Positions 39,901 to 51,855 of a DNA stretch of 64,000 bases are shown piece by piece (within the stretch, counting starts at the first letter, position 1; every line of letters starts with the position of its first letter). Origin of the DNA: Piromyces finnis finn (lineage: Eukaryota; Fungi; Neocallimastigomycota); the NCBI GenBank assembly GCA_002104945.1, contig MCFH01000002.1, forward strand, positions 1,054,001-1,118,000, written 5' to 3'. A model generated the notes under the pieces. It saw only the letters and a list, made by a program, of their open reading frames with translations, was not told the DNA's origin and did no database searches. The position numbers and the translations under genes are program-made.

Positions 39901-42900
39901 ATTAGGACTATTTTTTAAAGTATTAAATATTAAATTATGATTTTCATCATATAATGATAATATAGGATAAGCAGCTCTTCCAACAATAGTTATATCTTTA
40001 AATTCATTTCCGTAATAAACTCTTATATTTTTTTTAATAGGGATAGCTAGAATTGGTGTATATTGTATAATAATATCAGTATTCTTTAATTTATCGCAAT
40101 ATCCATCTGGATTTACTATATTCAAACCAATTGATTTTAAATTATAAATCCATTTTTTCTCTTTTTCATAGTACGATCTTTTTAAAAGATTATCATCTGT
40201 ATAAGATGGTGCGGTTTCTGGTCTTTGATTTGTAATATTTATCTTCTCTGTTAACATAAAGCTTGAACTTGGTCTATTCTTTGTAATATAATTGTAATTG
40301 TTTTCTTTACTAGTAATTTTATTTTGAATTTCTAGTTTTTTAATTTCTTTAGTATATACGCTATAATCTCCATCAAGTGGTTCTGGTCTTACATGATAAG
40401 TAACACCCATATTCGATTTATTAGAAATTGGTAGCATATAAACAAATGTCTGATCTATTTTACATGTTCCCATATCAACAATATTAGATGGAAGATTAAT
40501 ATCAACATTATATTTTCCACCTGTTCCAGTTAATGGAATTTTAATATCTTTATATTCTAATGAAAAAATTAAATTATAATTGTACACATATATATCTCTT
40601 GGTCTAAAAATAATTATAATTCTTTTCTCTTCATTAACCTTTAGTTTTCCAGATGAATTACTAACATAAAAGACATTCTTGAATTTATCATCAATCTTTA
40701 TTTCTTTCTCATTTTCTTTTGAATTAAATGAATATCTAATTTCATTAATATTAAGTTTAATCTCGTATTTTAATATTGTATTTCCTTCGTTCTTTATAGT
40801 AAACTTCTTTTTCGTATTCTTATTAATTAAGCATGTTCCAAAATTTATCGAATCATAAACTGTTTCAGGATAAATTGAAAATTTAGGAATACCAACTTTA
40901 GCTTTCAACCTAAAATTTAAACTTTCCTTTTCGTCATCAATAAGTATCAAAAAGGCACTTACATTTAAAGTTTCAACAATATTTGGATCATAAATCAATT
41001 TTATTGGAGTTATTGAATTTGCATATGCAACAATATATCCATTTTCATTCTCACAGCAAGGATCTACCTTAATTTTTGGGTGATAACATTTCAATTTTAA
41101 TAATATATCAGGTTCTCCATGATTTTGAATATTTATTGTTGCTTTATTAGGATAACCTAAAAATGATATACCAAAATCAACAATATCCTTATCTGCAGTT
41201 AATTCAGGATAATTTCCCTTTCCAAAAAGATAAACATATGAATACTCTATTAAATTGGAACCTGGTATATATGACGAAATTTTAATTTTTCCTTTATATT
41301 GAATTACTTCCTTAGGTGTAAATCCAATTCTAAGAGTTTTTTCTTCACCAATTCCAATTATTCCTTGCTCTTCATTTACAGAGAAAATGATATTATCATC
41401 AAGTTCTATATAAAAATTTAAATTCATTAAACTGTAATTTTTAAGAACAATATATTTGAATGATGTTTTCCCGATTATATTTGATAAAAAATTTAAATCT
41501 GTATTTGAGCATTGTAAATGTGATCCACTACTTATACCACTAATTTCTATTGATGAATAACCTATGTTTTCTGTATATAAATTTAATAATGATCTATAGT
41601 GATAATTTGGTAAAGATGGATTGAAAAATATCTCAATATCTTGAGTATATCCAGGCTTTAATCTTCCTTTTTCTGGAAAAAAAGTAAAAGGACATAAGTT
41701 ATTAGATAATTTTTCAATATCATTTTTAAATAAGATACCAGTATTATTATCATCCAATAATTTATTATCATCTTCCTCTATTTCATCATCATCTTCTTCT
41801 TCAAAACTATTAAGTATTTCTATATTTTCATTCTTAATAATAGAATAATAAGTTCGATCAAACTTCAAATGCCAATTTAATTTTTCAGAACCTTTATTCA
41901 TAAATTCAATTTTAATACTCTGATTATTTAATTAATGAATGAATGAATTAATTAATGTATAAAATATAAAAACATATTATTTTATATAATAAGTATTTCA
42001 TAAATACCTTTTTATTTTGAAATGGTACGATGCCGAAATCATAATTTCTTATCTTAAAGTTCAATATTGGTTGGATTGAACCATAAATTTTATATACATT
42101 TTCTTGAGAACTCATATTTTCCCAATTTGAAATAATTTTTATTTCTGAACTAAATTTCCCCTAAATTAAATAGAAATTATTTAATATTTAATAATAATTT
42201 AAAAAAATATATATATATATTTATTTTTTTTTTGATTAATTTACAATTCTTTTTGGTGATATTGATAGTTGAATATTTATTTTTTGATTTGGTTTTAAAG
42301 TTAATGGAAACAATGGTGCTCTTTTAATTATCTCAAAAGGAACACTTTTATTGGCATTATTATCATTTTGTGATGTCATAGTATCTGGTAAAAGTTTTTC
42401 ATAATTTATAATAGAATATTGTTCTTTAACTTTATATTTTAAAATTGTTTCATCCATATCATATTCAATATCATTTATATATTTATATGTAAAATTATTA
42501 TCCAAATTGTCATTCCAATTTATTACATTGTCATTTGGGTTTTCAGCTTCAATTTCACATTCATAAATATTAGCATCATCAATGCATTTCATAATGTTTA
42601 TTTCATTTATTATAAAATCAAGAGTTCCATTATTTTGCAAACAAAAAGATTTAATTAATTTATCTGTATACTGAAGATACCCAAAATCTAAAATACTACT
42701 ATCTATTATATAATGATTTGTATTTATATTGTAGACCATTTTTGGTTGGAATACCTTAAATTTTATATCACAAATACCATAATTTCCAAAAATAGGTAAA
42801 CTTTGAAATGAATTAACCTCTGAATTATATATTAATGATTGATATTGAGGCCCAATTTTTCTATATAAATATTTTATTGGAATAATAAAGCGTTCATTTG

Positions 42901-45900
42901 GTTCTAATTCTTTAATATTATTTCCAATAAGAGAAAAAGGATACGGTGCAAATGATAGTATATTATATTTATCGTGATTATTATTAATAATTTTTATTGA
43001 TTTTTCTAATACATTACCATCTGATATGGATCCAAAGTCTAATCCTTCATCTATAACTGTTACACTAGAAGGTTTCGTATATCCTTTCAATACTATTATC
43101 TTCGTAAATTCCATATTCTGTATATCTTTTAGGTCTTTAGATCCAATATTAATATTATCAGTTAAAGATGTATAATATTCAATAAAAAAACCTACATTTA
43201 AATTTCTAATATTTAACAATGAATAACTTATTTCAACTTCTGATACTTCAAATGGTTTCAATAGTAGGGTTTTTAGATTTTGAGTAAATTGACATTTTCT
43301 TTCTTTTGTTTCTTTCATTTCTTCAAGTATACGTTTATTTAAATATGGGTTTTTGTATATAATTTTTTCCAATTTTGAATCTGTTTTTTTTAGATATACA
43401 TTACATCTTATACTATTTGTTGACTTATTTCTAAGAATAAATTTCCTTGAAAATACCGTCTCATCAGAGTATAAAGAGTATTTAATTCCAGATATTTTTT
43501 TTCTAATTCCTATATTGATCTCATTATTAATAGTACCTTCAATTGCTACGGACAATGAACCATGATTAATAGAATCATCAAAAATAGTTATTACTCCGAA
43601 AAATATTAATTCATCTTCTACAAAGTTTCTATCTTCTATCAAATCTAAATTTATTGTTACAGGAATATCAACATTTTTATTTGCGTCAATATTTCCTTCT
43701 GATGGCATTAATATAATAAATGGATGAGATATTGCAATATGGTATTTTTGTTGTACATTAGTCTTATTAAAAAGAGTGATATATTTTATATTATTGTTTT
43801 TATAGGTTTCGTTATAATTAATATTTATTTTAAATATTTTTATTTCAAAGATATCTGATTTACTTTTAAATAAATCTATATTATCAGTTGCTTTAATTGA
43901 ATTTTTATTTAATTGCTTGAATTTATTAAATAACTGGGTATTATATTTTTCTTTATAAAAGGAAAGATATTTATTAAAATTTATATCGTTATTAACAAAC
44001 AATTCATTATCATATACAGAACCATAAACAAAATAATTATTCAATTTTATTGAATTGTTTTTATCGACTTTTAAATAAATGGGAATTTTATATATTCCAG
44101 ATAAATTGCTACAAAAAATAATACTGATAATGATTGTATCCTTTCGTTTAAATTTTATTTTTATACCATTATAATTTTTATCTTCATATTCCTTAAACTC
44201 TATGTATGATGTTTTGTTTTTTATACTTAAATTAAAAGGATTGTTTGAGTTTGGCATATATAATATACAATTAACTTGTTTATTTGTCATATTAATTAAT
44301 GGAACATCTATTACGGATACTTCATTAACTTTTATGTTAGGGAAATAAATTTCTTTATATACTGGAAATATCATAGAAGGACCAGAAAACGAAATGACAT
44401 CAATAATTTTTGTATTTGTAAATGGACAAGTTATATAAATATATTCATGTCTTTCTCCGGAATAATATGATATAAATTTTATCTTTAACTTTTTTTTTTC
44501 TAAAGGATTTAAAATTATTTCTTTGTTTTCATTAATAATTATTTCGTTGGTTGACGCCTCCATTAATATTGGTATTTTATTGTATTTGTCAATATTTTCT
44601 ATAACAAGAGTTTTTGTTATTTCATTACTATATATATCTGTAGGGCCAAAATCTAATTTATTTTTGTATATTTTTATTGATTCATCACAAATACCACATA
44701 AATCAATTCTTAAAATTTCACCACTACTAGTTACTACTAATATTTGATTAGTTAATCTTTTACCTATATCTTTTTTAGTAGGTAAGAATTTACCAATATA
44801 CATTTTCTTTTCATTTGAGCATAATTCATCAGATTCAAAAGGAAATATAAACCTATTAGAATTAGAATTGTCTTTCAATAATAATGAAACTGATATAGTT
44901 GTAGATGTTAAGTTTGTAACATAAAATGAAAAATTTCTACTATAACCATTTGGACAATAACCAATATTAATTTTATTTATTGATAGTTTAATTGAAGGAT
45001 AATTGATTGCATATAATGAAATTCTTTCTAATGAATATCCGTTTAAAGAACGTACTTTTAAATATCCAAATATTTCAGGTTTTATACATGATAAATAAGG
45101 TTGAGGCTTAAAGCGGATTTTAACTAACAAGTAGTTATTTTTTGGTATAAGTCCAAATGATGGTTTAACTTCAAAATATTCTGGTGGATATACTTGAATT
45201 CTAAAATAGGTATCCTTTATTCTTGATGAGTTATGCAAAAACAAATCTCTTGTTAAAGGATATTTATTTAATACTAAAACAGGATATTTTAAATTAAAAG
45301 ATAAAGTTGAAATATATGGAGAATCAACATTACTTTTAAATGAGATGTTATTTATATTATCTATATATTTTTGAAGAGAATTTGATTGTGTTGGATTTTC
45401 AGAATCATTATTTGGAATATCTTATTAATAATAATTAAAAATAGATAATATATTTTAAGCAAAAATATCATATTATAAATTAAAAAATAAAATTAATAAA
45501 AAGATGTTATTAAAAATTATTAATTATATAAAATAATTAAAATTTATATTAATTCTAACATTTTATTATTTCTTTTGATTCTATTAAATTAGATATTTCC
45601 TTTTCTGGATATGGGATATCAATATTTGATTTAAGAATTTTAATAATGTTATCTTTTGTTAATGGAGTTTTATTTTTTTGATATATTTCAATACTTTCAA
45701 ACCCTTGTATTTTTGATTTTTCTAACAAATATTTCATTCTATAATATATATATCCTTCTTTTATCTGTTCAATAGGAATTCTTAGTAATACATTATCTGG
45801 AACAATTGGATACCAAACTGACCAAAAAACATTTAATTTTTCAAATAAAATTTTGTCTATTATATCACTTGTTTCACTTTCTTTATTGTTTTCATTTTCA

Positions 45901-46868
45901 ATTTTATTTTCTATTTTATTTGAAAAATCCTGCTTTTTTGATATATTGTTATATATATTTAATTCATATTCTTTAGACATTTCATTTATTTTTTCTCGAA
46001 ATTGATATTCTACTCTCATTCTTCCTTTATTTGTTCTTGGATAATATTTATTAATAATATTTAGCGCTTCTATTTGTAATAGTTTATTAGACGAAGAATT
46101 CAGAATTGAAGATAATAATAAATCAAAATATCTCATAAAATTATCGTTTAAGCAAGGTGATTTATTTATAAATACACCAATTGATCTTAAAGAATAAATC
46201 ATTTCTGTTATATCAAATCCTTTTTCATATAATCTGCTGTCTGAAAAATAGTTTATATCATTTATAATTTCGGTACTTAAAACACTTGGGTATAAAGATT
46301 GAAATCGAGAAAGTAATTTATTGAATAATCTCTCGATTATTCTTTTTGAGTTATTTAAATCACTGACTATTGGTAATATTTTTCCTATTAATTCAGATGC
46401 ATAACACCGATTTATCTTTATCTATATATATAGCATGTAAATATTAAAAAAAATAAAAGTACCATTATTAAATATAAAAACATAATAGATAAAATGGATA
46501 TTATTTACAATTTTAAAATACCTCATCAGATATCACTATATTTCCTAATTTAATTATTAATTTTTCTACATTTGCATTATTCGGTGTTAAGAATTTTGTA
46601 AAACATGGTATTGATAATAAACATTTTAAAGTATATAATCGTATAAATGACTCTTCATTTGATAATTGCTGTACTATATTATTCCATATATCATTATATA
46701 AAAATGAGTATAATACATTCTAAGTATGATAAATATGAGATTTTTATGTTAATTATTATATTACTTATTATAAATATTATATTTAAAAAAATTAATTACA
46801 TAATCTTCAAGAAGAAATTCTATATCTTTTCTTATCCTTTTAATTTCATTATAATTATTTGGTATCAT
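33986..46868 (-). CDS. Giant protein (3862 aa by my 13-exon model): N-terminal helical/HEAT-like region, long tandem array of ASH/Hydin-type Ig-like domains, low-complexity C-terminus
   Basis: Exons 46868-46800, 46719-46522, 46421-45560, 45420-42245, 42160-42008, 41919-39463, 39344-37897, 37725-36347, 36220-35972, 35878-35835, 35725-34388, 34307-34209 and 34102-33986 sum to 11589 nt and are all GT-AG and in frame. The model unites six of the separately listed ORFs. Recurrent ~100-aa units show (L/I)DFG..., a N.G motif, F.(I/V).P..G.(I/L).P and a terminal F.P. Confidence 0.85.
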
Positions 46869-47100
46869 TTTTTAACAAAAAATTATATAATTACAAACAA
46901 AAGAAAATATAATAATGATATTATAATAATAGTTATATATATAAATTATTGATAATAATAGATTTATTGTAAATTTAAATATGGTATATTAAAATATTAT
47001 TATTAACAATTTATATTATATAATTATTATTATAATTGTATTATTTATAAAATATAACATTTATATAAAAAAGATATAAGTATTTTATCTATATTTTGTT

Positions 47101-47113
47101 CTGCTGCGTAATA
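47101..47113 (-). promoter_or_regulatory. Candidate cis-element TATTACGCAGCAG, copy 2
   Basis: Plus strand reads CTGCTGCGTAATA, 232 nt from the ATG of the giant ASH gene, in the divergent ASH/CSL4 intergenic region. Confidence 0.5.
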
Positions 47114-47453
47114 TGATCATAAAATTAACTTAAAACCCTTTTCTATTAAATTCATAATTAAAAAACATAAACCTTAATGATAAAAAAATCATATTTTCTA
47201 ATATTTTTTTATGAATAAATTATAATATATAAAATTCGGAGTTTTAAGAATATTTTAATTATTTAATTTTTAAAAATCGAATTTTCAAAAATTGAATTTG
47301 TATAGTATAATACATTAATGTAATATATTACATTACATTTTAACATTTTTATTTTAGATATTTAAAATTATTATCGCCAATCATAATTTTTAATTTTCTT
47401 TTCAATTTAAAAGTAAAAATTGTTGTTTTTTAAATTATTAAAATAATATAAAA

Positions 47454-48780
47454 ATGAGTACTAAAATTGTAACGCCAGGAAAAAAGTTGGGAACTATACA
47501 TGAATATGAAATTGGTCCAGGAACTTATATAAAAAACAATTATATTTACGCTTCAACTGTTGGAGAAATATATATAATAAATGATTCTAATAAAAAAGTA
47601 TATATTAATATAAAATAAATTTGAAATGCAAAAATCCTTAAAAAATAACAAATTATGAAATAGTAATACTTAGCCTTTTGATATTTCATTAAAAATTTTT
47701 CTAATTCAAATTATTATTATATTTAATAACAATAATAAAAAATATATAATAAAAATCCAAAATAATAGCTTCCATGCATTTCTGTTGTTAAAGATAAAGA
47801 ACAATCAGTAATACCAGAAGTTGATAGCATGTGAGTGATTTTTTGAATCTAAATTAATTTAATAGAAATTCTTAAAATATATTTAATTTTCAGCGTAATT
47901 TGGTTTAAATTTGAATTATAAGAAAGCATATAAATAAAAACAGATTGAAATAAATTTGAAATCATTTCAATCTGAAATCTGTATTACATAGAATTGTATA
48001 AAATATTAAATAATTATATTCTTGTTAATTTTATATTTATGTTGATATAGTGTTACAGGAAAAATCATTCGTGTTAATCCAAAAATGGCAACTTTAGCAA
48101 TTATGGTTGTTGGGAATAAACCTTGTAAAGATGATTTTCAAGGAATTATAAGGTAGAATGTCAAATTTATCATTATTAATACATATATTAAGATAAAAAA
48201 TTTTATATAAATATATAATTATTCAATATATATATATTTAAATATCAACGAAATAGAGTTCAAGATGTTCGCTCAACTGAAAAAGATAAGGTTCAAATAT
48301 ATAATTCATTCCGCCCAGGAGATATTGTAAGAGCCAGAGTTATATCTCTTGGTGATAGACATTCATACTATTTAACTACAGCAGAAAATGAACTTGGTGT
48401 AATTTTTGCCCAATCTATCTCAGGTAATATATACACAAAAAATATAAATATTAAGATTTTTTAATAAGTACTAATATTGTAATAATTATTTAATAAATTT
48501 AAATTCTTTCAATCAAAATATTTTAAACTTTTAGGAGAAACTATGGTAAATTATTAAATAAAATTATACGTAATGTTATAACTTTAATTATAATACTAAA
48601 TTTTATTTTATTTAAATTTATGAAAGATACCAATTTCATGGCAACAAATGATGTGTCCAAAAACAAAGGTAAATTATTAATGTTTTATATTAATTAAAAG
48701 TTTTAAAATAACTTTTTATTTTTTCTTACCATTAATTTGTATAGGTTATGGAATATAGAAAATGTGCTAAACCAAATTAA
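47454..48780 (+). CDS. CSL4: Exosome cap subunit Csl4/EXOSC1
   Basis: [13 protein letters not shown]...GPGTY...IYASTVG, the S1 domain ([39 protein letters not shown]...[11 protein letters not shown]) and the C-terminal zinc-ribbon region ([21 protein letters not shown]). Seven exons, including an 11-nt exon at 48535-48545. Confidence 0.96.
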
Positions 48781-49228
48781 TCTTCTTTAAAATAAAATAT
48801 CAATGTACATAAATTAATGGGAAAATAATAATATCATTTATTTAAATTAAATTAGCTCAATCGCCTTTATAGAATAAATTATTGTATTAATATTAGTAAA
48901 ACTATATTATTTATGCTTTTTCTATTAATTATTATATACATAAAAAAATTTTTAATAAGAAGAATTAATAAATTGATCTCCCAAAATTAATTATCATGTT
49001 TATGTCTTCCAACATTAAATTTTAACTATCATTGAATTAATAAATTAATGTATTATACATAAAATTTTTAACTTTCTATTAGAAAATGAAAAAGTTATTA
49101 AAATTTTAATAAAAAATGTTTATATTAAAACGTTTTTTTATTTAAATTAAAGTGTCTTTATTTTTGTTTTCTGTTATTTTTTAGTTAATTTATGAGAATA
49201 CATATTTAATAAATAATTGTTATAAAAA

Positions 49229-51468
49229 ATGGTATCAACAATTAAAAAAAATAATAAAATTAAAACAAAAAATATATCTTCATCAGAAAAAATGGCAAAA
49301 GATAAAATTTCAAAAAGAAAAATGAGTTTGAGGAAATTTTCAAGAAGCTCAACAATAAATAATAAAAAAGTGCTTCGAGAAAAAAAAAGTAGTATTGATT
49401 ATAATAGGAACTGGTCTTGGGCACATTCAATAATGCATATAACAGTATCATTATGTAATATTATATAATCTAATTCCTTGATTTTTGAATTTATAGACAT
49501 TAATGTATTTATATATATTGTATATTGTTGTTTGATATAAGTATTTAGTATTATATTATATAACACTTTCATATCAGAATTTTTCGCATATTCAATAACT
49601 ACACGAGAAAAAAGAGATATTATAAACAAAAGATTAAAATATATAAGAACTAAAAGAGCACCAATTGGTAATAATATATAAAAAACAAATATATATTTAA
49701 GATTGTACATAGTAATATTTATAAAAAATAATAAGAATAAAATAATATTTAATTATCGTAATTTTATATATTATAGATAATTCGTATCATTGTGATGAAG
49801 ATAATTGTAAATTACCAAAATGTAAATGTTTTAGTGAAAATAATCCCGGTTCTTTAAAAACCAAAGATATACCTCAATTTGTCTTAATATCTATTGATGG
49901 ATCATTAACAAATAAATCAATTAAATATCAAAATCAAGTAAATTAAAATTTTCATTTATCAAATTTCTTAATATTTTTTAAAATGTAAATATATCATAAC
50001 TTATTTTAAAATTATTAAATAATTTATTATAATTGAAATTTCAATAAAGATAACTGAAAATGTTATGTCGCCAAATGGTTGCCCTGCAATGATTACAAAC
50101 TTTGCAACTGATGAAAATTCAGATTTTTTTGAAATTGAGAGTGCATATGTTAAAAACAATGAAATTGCATTTAATCTCAATGAAACAGAAAGTAAAATTA
50201 TTACTCCAAAAATGGTTAATTCATTAAGAGATCTTGTAGAGAAATTTACAAATATAGATAAAAAGGAAATTATTGGATTTAGATATACTGGGAATGAAAG
50301 ATTAAAAGTTAATATCTATCATGATATTTGTGATTTAGAGTATTTATATGATTCATCATTTTCTATTTCACCATTGAATAATTTCTGGCCATTCAGTAAT
50401 TTATATTTTTAAATATTAAAATAATAATATTTAAAGTATATATTAATAAATAAAAATATTTAATTAAACAATAGCATTAGACTACGGTATTCCTACTGAA
50501 TTTAATTCAAAATCATTAATTTCTGGAGTTTATCCCGAATTATGGGAAATTCCAATGTAATAGTTCGATAAATATAGTTTATATAATATAAATAAGATTT
50601 TATAAATATATATACAAATTAATTTATTTTAAAATATATATAGATATGAGCTCTTAAATCCAGATAACTCAACATTTGCTAGTAAATAATATAATTAATG
50701 TTAATAATATCGTTCAAATTTAAAAATAATCTTAAAATTTGAGAATTAATATAATTTATATATTATAATATTAAAATATTACAATTTTAGTTTGGGAACC
50801 AAATGTTAGTAGTAATGGAAAACTTTTAGAAATTTTAAAAAATAATTTCTTAAATTTGCACTATAATAATAATAGGATACCATTTACTATGCCCCTCACT
50901 AAGCAATGGTTAGAACAAGACAAAAGAATTGAAACAATTAATGAATTTTTAAAATGGATTGTTGACGAAACAAATAATGATACTTATTTTATTAACTATT
51001 CTCAGTTAATAGAATGGATGAAGAATCCAGTCAAATTAGATAATATCAATAAAAGTGGTATTTTTAAATGTGAAAATAATAGAAAAATAAGTTGTAAAAA
51101 CCCTAACCTTTGTTTATATAAATCAGCTGTAAATATTTAATTATATTAATAATTATTTATGCATACATATGTATATATAACACTAAAATATATATCAATA
51201 TATATTATATAAGTCATTTAAAACATGTAAGGAATGTCCAATTCAAAATCCATATTTAGAAGCAAATTTAGATGATATTCCAGAATTATCTTCTGAATGT
51301 AATAAAAAAGTTCCTGAAGATGGATGTGGTAATGGTGTTTGGGAATGTGGTTGTCAATGTTTAAATAATGATAATAATCTTGATGGTTATTGTCTTGATG
51401 AGTTTGGTAAATGCACAATTCCTAAAGTTTATAAAGAAAATGTTGGATATATATGTGAAAACCAATAA
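49229..51468 (+). CDS. Type II membrane-anchored chitin-deacetylase-like (CE4, insect-CDA-like) protein with degenerate catalytic motifs and a Cys-rich tail
   Basis: Basic N-terminus, then a TM helix (IMHITVSLLFSIILYNTFISEFFAYSI) built across intron 49455-49541. It continues CDEDNCKLPKCKC, IPQFVLISIDG, PNGCPAMITNF, YLYDSS, FWPFTLDYG, PELWEIPM, NNRIPF and QLIEWMKNP, and ends in a Cys-rich module (...YICENQ*). Confidence 0.8.
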
Positions 51469-51855
51469 TTACATAGAAATAATTATTTTATATTCAATTA
51501 TTTTATATTCAAATTTTATAATTTTTTAAAATAATAAATTTAAAATTTGTATAAAGGATATTAAATTTTATTAAATTTTAAAAAACTTAAATAATTAATA
51601 AAAAATTGAAAAAAAATTAATAAATAAAATTGATGTTGTACAAGTTTATAATTATAACATCATCAAAGTTTATTTAAAAAATGTATTTTTAATTTTTATA
51701 TAATATAAAACCTCAATAAAGTGGAATTATGAGTTATAATAATAGGTATTAACTTTTAAATTTAAGATATTAAATTAAAATAAAAGAAAATTATAAATAA
51801 TTAAACTAAGAACAATTCTAGAGATTATAACAATGAAAATATTCATAATTATTTA

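Noticed and set aside
49399-49710. 103-aa minus-strand ORF with a hydrophobic stretch
   Set aside because: Overlaps exons 1-2 and introns of the plus-strand CDA-like gene, which splices in frame with canonical sites.
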